A DNA stretch of 64,000 nt from assembly GCA_963794325.1 (NCBI GenBank), contig CAWCDG010000004.1, positions 1,312,001-1,376,000 on the forward strand. Reading direction: 5' to 3'. The notes beneath the pieces were generated by a model. That model had not been told where the DNA came from and ran no database searches. It saw only the letters and a program-made list of their open reading frames with translations. The DNA is from an uncultured delta proteobacterium (GTDB taxonomy: Bacteria > Desulfobacterota > Binatia > Binatales > Binataceae). Within the stretch, counting starts at the first letter, position 1; every line of letters begins with the position of its first letter. Shown piece by piece: positions 59,101-64,000 of this stretch. Made by a program: the position numbers and the translations under genes.

Positions 59101-59164
59101 GCACAGGTTTTGAGGATTCGCGCGACATCCCGAACGGGCCGGAACAGTAAAAGACGTTCTAGGC

Positions 59165-59734
59165 TTAGGGCGTGATCCTCGTGATCTTTGAGCCCTCGAT
59201 GCCGATTCCACCCATCAGGCCCGACTGTCCGTAGATGAAAGCATAGACATCCGACCGCATGCTAGTGGTAGTCAGCGATCGCGCCATCCCTTCGTCAACC
59301 ACGACTAGACTTGGTCCGGTACCTATAGCCCAGCCTCCACTCTTATTGAGGTACTCCACTGCTGAATCCGTCATGAAGAACAGCGCATATGCAAACTTCT
59401 TCACGCCGCCCTGAAAACCATACGAGGCGGCGCTGGTGCGGTAGTATGCCGCTGTCTGTGAACCTTTACGAAGAGCGCCGTACCCATATTGGGCCCCTAC
59501 TATAAAGGCGCCTTTTCGTATGTCGGGAAAGACGAGTATTGCTTTTGCTTTCGCACCGAGCGCTCTTGCCGCGTCGTTTTGAGAATATAGTTGGTTCAGT
59601 GAAGCTGTTACTTTTCCATCGATTTCAGACGCACTTGGACCACTCAGCAGCCCCTGCGCAAACGCCCCGCTACCAAATAACACGCCGGCTAGAATTTGAA
59701 CCAGGATAGCAGTCGCCAATCGTTTCATTATCAT
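59165..59734 (-). CDS. Ysc84/SYLF-domain exported protein
   Basis: AKAILVFP..KGAFIVGAQYG.G, SYGFQGG, GLMGGIGIEGSKIT. Confidence 0.8.
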   Translation of the reverse strand: MIMKRLATAILVQILAGVLFGSGAFAQGLLSGPSASEIDGKVTASLNQLYSQNDAARALGAKAKAILVFPDIRKGAFIVGAQYGYGALRKGSQTAAYYRTSAASYGFQGGVKKFAYALFFMTDSAVEYLNKSGGWAIGTGPSLVVVDEGMARSLTTTSMRSDVYAFIYGQSGLMGGIGIEGSKITRITP

Positions 59735-59790
59735 CTCGTCCTCCAAAGATCGATTCAACGGAATTGTGACTTACCGGTATGCAACCTGGA

Positions 59791-59808
59791 ATCAGACCTT
59801 GGTCCGAT
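59791..59808. promoter_or_regulatory. 18-bp regulon palindrome, copy 7 (ATCAGACCTTGGTCCGAT)
   Basis: Divergent SYLF/DUF3300 intergenic region. Confidence 0.7.
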
Positions 59809-59913
59809 AGAAACCCTCTTCGTATTTCGGCAAATATCGCGCTGAGCATTGATGCAGAACAGCCTTACTTCGCCCGAGCGCGGGGCTGAAATGACGGAAG
59901 GACAATTGACTCC

Positions 59914-61569
59914 ATGAAAAAGGCGATGACGATCAGCTCTTTGTTCGCTCAGCACCGGCGTACTCCAGGAATCAGACTACTAGGCAGGCGCGAAGGCCGG
60001 TCTTTACCATTGATACTTGCAGTCGCGGTAATAGCGTCCACGACACCGATGCTGACTGGTTACTCGTTCGGCGCAGATCAACCTGCTTCTGTTTCGGCTG
60101 AACCCGGACCGCCTCCCGGGGCTGCTACCCCGAAAGAACTGGAGGAGCTGGTCTCGCCGATCGCACTATATCCTGACTTATTGGTCGCCCGAATCCTGGT
60201 GGCTTCGACCTATCCAGATCAAGTCGTGGAAGCCCATAAGTGGCTGCAGGAGAACTCGAAGCTTCCGCACGAACAACTGGCCGCTCAGGTGAATGCACAA
60301 CCTTGGGACCCCAGCATCAAGTCGTTGGCACAGTTCTCTCCGGTTCTACAAACGATGAGCGACAGCTTGGCATGGACTTCGGCGCTCGGCGAAGCATACT
60401 ACAACCAGCCTGACGACGTTATGGCGGCGATCCAGGCATTGCGCAGTCGAGCTGTGGAGGCTGGGACCCTGAAGAGCACCGCACAACAAAAAGTGGAAGT
60501 TCAACCCGCGCCGCCACCTGTAGCATCGGAAGGTGAGGCACAACCCGCTGCACAGCAACAAACAGTGATCATTCAGCCCGCTCAACAAGACGTTGTGTAT
60601 GCGCCCCAATATGACCCCGCGACAGCCTACGGAGCTCCGGTGGCGGCACCCGTGGGATATACCGGGACCGAAGTGTTGGCGACTGGGTTGCTGGCGTTTG
60701 GAACCGGGATGGCTCTCGGTGCGCTGTTCAATGAGGATGACGATGACTGGGACTGCGGTTGGTCAGATGGCGGCGGCGGTTCGGTTCACTACAACAACAA
60801 TGTCTACGTATCCAATTCGCCGGTCCCACCACGCGGCAACGGCAACTATCCAGCAAGACCTCCGGCTGCAAACCGTCCGGGTGGAGTAGGCGGGGCGGGC
60901 GGTGTGGGCGGTGTGGGCCGCCCTGGTGGAGTTGGCGGCGCGGGCGGAGTCGGCAGGCCGGGCGGAGTCGGCGGGGCAGGTGGAGTTGGCAGGCCGGGCG
61001 GTGTCGGCGGGGCGGGTGGTGTCGGTAGACCAGGGGGAGTTGGCAGGCCAGGCGGTGCCGGGGGTGTAGCGGGAGTTGGAGGGCGACCTCCTTCTGTCGG
61101 CGGGCCATCTACTCGGCCATACAATCCCAGCACGGCGAGGAAGTACGCGGCAAATAATCCGAACATAGCGAAACCTACCTTCCCGAAGGCGGACGCCCTT
61201 CCGAACAGTTCCGCGCTTGGCAATTCGCAGCGGAATCCGGGGCAAAATCGGCCGGCCCAAGCATCGACGCGTCCAGCGCAGCCGGCCAATCGGATGGCAT
61301 CCAACGGACCGGCGACTGCGAATCGCGCCAACAATCAGCAGCGAGGATTTGGTGGCGGAGCGGATACGAGAGGCGGACGCAATGGTGCATTTGGTGGCTA
61401 TCAACCTGGAGGACGAACTCAAGCCTCGAGCAACCGGGGAAGGTCTAGCTTGGGCGGAGGCGGATTCGGTGGCCGCGGCGGAGGAGGCGGCGGCGGCCGA
61501 GGTGGCGGTGGTGGCCGAGGTGGTCGAGGCGGTGGTGGCGGCGGCGGAGGCGGCGGGCGACGACGCTAG
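59914..61569 (+). CDS. DUF3300 domain protein with Gly-rich repeats
   Basis: LVSPIALYPD.L..ILVASTYP, WDPSIKSL, IIQPA..VYAPQYDP. Adjacent to DUF2950. Confidence 0.88.
   Translation: MKKAMTISSLFAQHRRTPGIRLLGRREGRSLPLILAVAVIASTTPMLTGYSFGADQPASVSAEPGPPPGAATPKELEELVSPIALYPDLLVARILVASTYPDQVVEAHKWLQENSKLPHEQLAAQVNAQPWDPSIKSLAQFSPVLQTMSDSLAWTSALGEAYYNQPDDVMAAIQALRSRAVEAGTLKSTAQQKVEVQPAPPPVASEGEAQPAAQQQTVIIQPAQQDVVYAPQYDPATAYGAPVAAPVGYTGTEVLATGLLAFGTGMALGALFNEDDDDWDCGWSDGGGGSVHYNNNVYVSNSPVPPRGNGNYPARPPAANRPGGVGGAGGVGGVGRPGGVGGAGGVGRPGGVGGAGGVGRPGGVGGAGGVGRPGGVGRPGGAGGVAGVGGRPPSVGGPSTRPYNPSTARKYAANNPNIAKPTFPKADALPNSSALGNSQRNPGQNRPAQASTRPAQPANRMASNGPATANRANNQQRGFGGGADTRGGRNGAFGGYQPGGRTQASSNRGRSSLGGGGFGGRGGGGGGGRGGGGGRGGRGGGGGGGGGGRRR
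60874..61086 (+). repeat. RPGGVGGAGGVG tandem peptide repeats
   Basis: About 36-nt units with synonymous codon variation. Confidence 0.85.
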
Positions 61570-61647
61570 TTGGCGATTCGGTCCGCTCCTGAGGATCCTT
61601 CGCAATCGGAACGTGTTAAAGGAACCGCGAACCAACAGAGATTAACG

Positions 61648-62601
61648 ATGCTCAAGATCATGAATTCTACTATGGCCAACAGATACAGACATATAGGTGC
61701 GATCGCGGCGCTCGCTTGCAGCTTCCTGGCTCTCTCAAGCGCGGCAGCCAAGTCGGCTGAGCAGCAAGTGTTTCCATCTGGGGCGGCAGCAGCGAAGGCC
61801 CTTGTCGCGGCGGCACGTACGGACGATATGAGCGCTCTTTCTTCGATTCTAGGCCCGGACGCAAAAGAGATCCTCTCATCGGGCGATCCGGTTGCCGACA
61901 ACAATGCGCGAGACACTATTGTTGAAAAGTACGGTGAGATGCATCGGTTTGCTTATGATGAGAAAGGTCGAGTGATCTTGTATCTCGGAGCCGACAACTG
62001 GCCTTTCCCGATTCCGCTGGTGAAGAAGGGCGATGGATGGGTATACGACACGGCAGCCGGTAAAAGGGAGCTACTCTACCGTCGGATTGGACGCAACGAG
62101 CTCTTTACTATCGATGTCCTGGCAGACCTTGCTGAGGCGCAAGAGGAATACGCAAGCGAGACCCAAGATGACGGGGGCGTCAAACAATTTGCCCAGAAGA
62201 TCCAGAGCGACCCGGGCAAACACAATGGCTTATATTGGCCGGTTAGCTCCGGCGAAGATGTGAGTCCGATCGGACCTCTGATGGCGGATGCTACTGGAGA
62301 GGGCTACAAGACGGGGGCAGCTTCGCCAATTCCTTTTCACGGCTACTACTACAGAATCCTCACCCGCCAGGGTAAAACTGCTCCGGGTGGTGCTAAAGAC
62401 TATCTTGTGGATGGAAAAATGACGCAAGGCTTTGCCTTCATTGCCTATCCAGCCAACTACCGCGCGTCAGGCGTCATGACATTTATGATCAATCAGGACG
62501 GCGTTATCGTTCAGAAAGACCTTGGCACAGACACAGCCAAGGTGGTCAACGGAATAACCGAATACAATCCCGACGCGACGTGGGACGAAGTGGACGATTA
62601 A
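61648..62601 (+). CDS. DUF2950 family exported protein
   Basis: WPFPIPLVK, RRIGRNE, GLYWP, PFHGYYYRIL, YRASGVMTF. Start uncertain. Confidence 0.85.
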   Translation: MLKIMNSTMANRYRHIGAIAALACSFLALSSAAAKSAEQQVFPSGAAAAKALVAAARTDDMSALSSILGPDAKEILSSGDPVADNNARDTIVEKYGEMHRFAYDEKGRVILYLGADNWPFPIPLVKKGDGWVYDTAAGKRELLYRRIGRNELFTIDVLADLAEAQEEYASETQDDGGVKQFAQKIQSDPGKHNGLYWPVSSGEDVSPIGPLMADATGEGYKTGAASPIPFHGYYYRILTRQGKTAPGGAKDYLVDGKMTQGFAFIAYPANYRASGVMTFMINQDGVIVQKDLGTDTAKVVNGITEYNPDATWDEVDD

Positions 62602-62679
62602 ACTGTTTCAGCCAAGCCGAGAGACTGCACCTCGCCAATCGACTGAAGCGATTCGCCGTAGCATAGGCGGAGCGACTAG

Positions 62680-64000
62680 TTGCTAAGACGTACGTCGCTG
62701 AGAAGCACTGATCTCCTCGCTGGCGTTGCAGTCGCCGCAGTCGAAATTCCAACCGCGCTCGCCTACGCTGAGTTGGCGGGATTTCCTCCAGTCGTTGGGC
62801 TCTATGCTAGTATCCTTCCATTAATCCCGTATGCAATCGTCGGCTCGTCGCCACAGCTCATCGTAGGTCCTGACGCGGCGACCTGCGCTTTGGTTGCAGC
62901 GGCGCTCGAACCCTTGGCCAATGGAAACCCGCATCACTATCTAGACCTCTCGATCACGCTATCGATTCTGGTTGGGGCACTGTGCATAGTCGGTGGGCTG
63001 CTACGTCTAGGTGCGATCTCGAATTTTCTCTCGCGTCCAGTCCTTGTCGGCTTTCTCAACGGAATGGCGTTGACCATCGTCAGCGGTCAGTTAGGAAAGC
63101 TATGCGGGTTTGCAGTGCGCACCGACACGGGGTTCTTTTTGCGGATTACAGATTTTGTCTCGAAGCTTCCACGGACCCATTTCCCGACTTTGATTGTAGG
63201 GACTTTCACGCTTGTGCTTATCTACCTGATGGGGAAGCTCATTCCTCGCCTGCCGAGCGCACTGGTCGGAGTTTGCGGCGGAATTGCGATGATGGCCTTG
63301 TTGGACCTGGAGAAATGGGCGGTAACAACATTGGGCGCAGTTCCGGCAGGATTCTTATGGCCTCACTTGCCGGCCAGTTTTATTTCTGATGCGGTCCAAT
63401 TGCTACCGGATGCGGCAGGCATCGTCTTGATTTGCTTCTGCGGATCAATGGTAACTGCAAAGAGCTTTGCCGTAAAAAACGGGTACGAAGTCGCGGCAGA
63501 CCGCGAATTCATCGCACTCGGTCTGGCAAACATTACTTCCGGTCTTTCAAGCGGCTTCGCGATTGCAGGTACGGATTCGCGCACGGCGATTAACGATATT
63601 ACCGGCGGTCGGTCGCAGGTAAGCGGGCTGGCGGCTGCCCTCGTTATGGGATTGGTCCTTACATTCTTTACCGGCCCGCTCGCATATATCCCGACCGCAT
63701 CGCTAGGCGCTGTGCTGGTCCTGGCTGGTGCATCGCTTTTCGATTTTGAAAGTGTCTGGAAAATACGCGATATTAGCCGATCGGAATTTGCGCTTTCCCT
63801 CATCGCTACATTGGGTGTCGCGACAATCGGAGTCTTACCTGGAATCGCCATAACTGTGATCTTGAGCCTCATTCTTCTCATAAGGCGCGCTTCCAGCCCG
63901 TACGATGCGATCCTCGGGCAAGTTCCCGGCGTCGATGGATTTACCGATATAAGCGAATACCCCGACGCGCAAACAATCCCAGGGCTCCTGGTCTATCGTT
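62680..64000 (+). CDS. SulP/SLC26 anion transporter, 3' end outside window (absent from ORF track)
   Basis: Frame 1 translation gives DLLAGVAVAAVEIPTALAYAELAGFPPVVGLYAS..GSS..IVGPDA, FLSRPVLVGF, EFIALGLAN, GTDSRT, then the start of STAS (PGLLVYR). Possible TTG start after GGAG. Confidence 0.88.
   Translation, partial: MLRRTSLRSTDLLAGVAVAAVEIPTALAYAELAGFPPVVGLYASILPLIPYAIVGSSPQLIVGPDAATCALVAAALEPLANGNPHHYLDLSITLSILVGALCIVGGLLRLGAISNFLSRPVLVGFLNGMALTIVSGQLGKLCGFAVRTDTGFFLRITDFVSKLPRTHFPTLIVGTFTLVLIYLMGKLIPRLPSALVGVCGGIAMMALLDLEKWAVTTLGAVPAGFLWPHLPASFISDAVQLLPDAAGIVLICFCGSMVTAKSFAVKNGYEVAADREFIALGLANITSGLSSGFAIAGTDSRTAINDITGGRSQVSGLAAALVMGLVLTFFTGPLAYIPTASLGAVLVLAGASLFDFESVWKIRDISRSEFALSLIATLGVATIGVLPGIAITVILSLILLIRRASSPYDAILGQVPGVDGFTDISEYPDAQTIPGLLVYR

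Noticed and set aside
33209-60000. FNR/FixK boxes (TTGAT-N4-ATCAA) expected for a low-oxygen island
   Set aside because: None were seen by eye in the intergenic regions. The 18-bp palindrome occupies these promoters instead.
60763-61635. Long antisense ORFs (290 aa and 162 aa, Pro/Ala-rich)
   Set aside because: Shadows of the Gly-rich repeats of DUF3300.

Overview
A GC-rich bacterial window. The gene content (several amidohydrolase_2, luciferase-like monooxygenase and cyclase-STAND-TPR genes) suggests a soil lineage such as Ca. Binatota; this is inference only. There are three zones. (1) 1-24.7 kb: a Prim-Pol/LigC repair pair, hydrolases, a diiron-protein/SCP2-like/ferredoxin operon divergent from a Vibrio LuxR/HapR-like TetR regulator with a matching 20-bp operator, a catabolic cluster (2 LLMs, 3 amidohydrolase_2, AKR, TauD, D-aminoacylase-like, SnoaL-like), a cyclase-STAND-TPR gene and a surface protein. 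(2) 24.8-27 kb: a scarred junction with an IS481-like left-end remnant, an extradiol dioxygenase, a 5'-truncated CMD gene, att-like repeats and an excisionase-like HTH gene. (3) 27-64 kb: an accessory block that opens with a GAF histidine kinase fused to a DnaA domain-IV DNA-binding module. It continues with a second cyclase-STAND, an L,D-transpeptidase, a FixJ-type two-component set with a frameshifted kinase, MscS, GH63, xfp-glgP-ackA-glgX (glgX broken), a RbbA-type ABC exporter, ppk2, DUF3300/DUF2950 and SulP. Seven copies of an 18-bp palindrome (ATCGGAC-N4-GTCCGAT) mark the promoters of this block. No rRNA, intact tRNA or CRISPR array was seen. All family assignments come from motif recognition by eye, not database searches.
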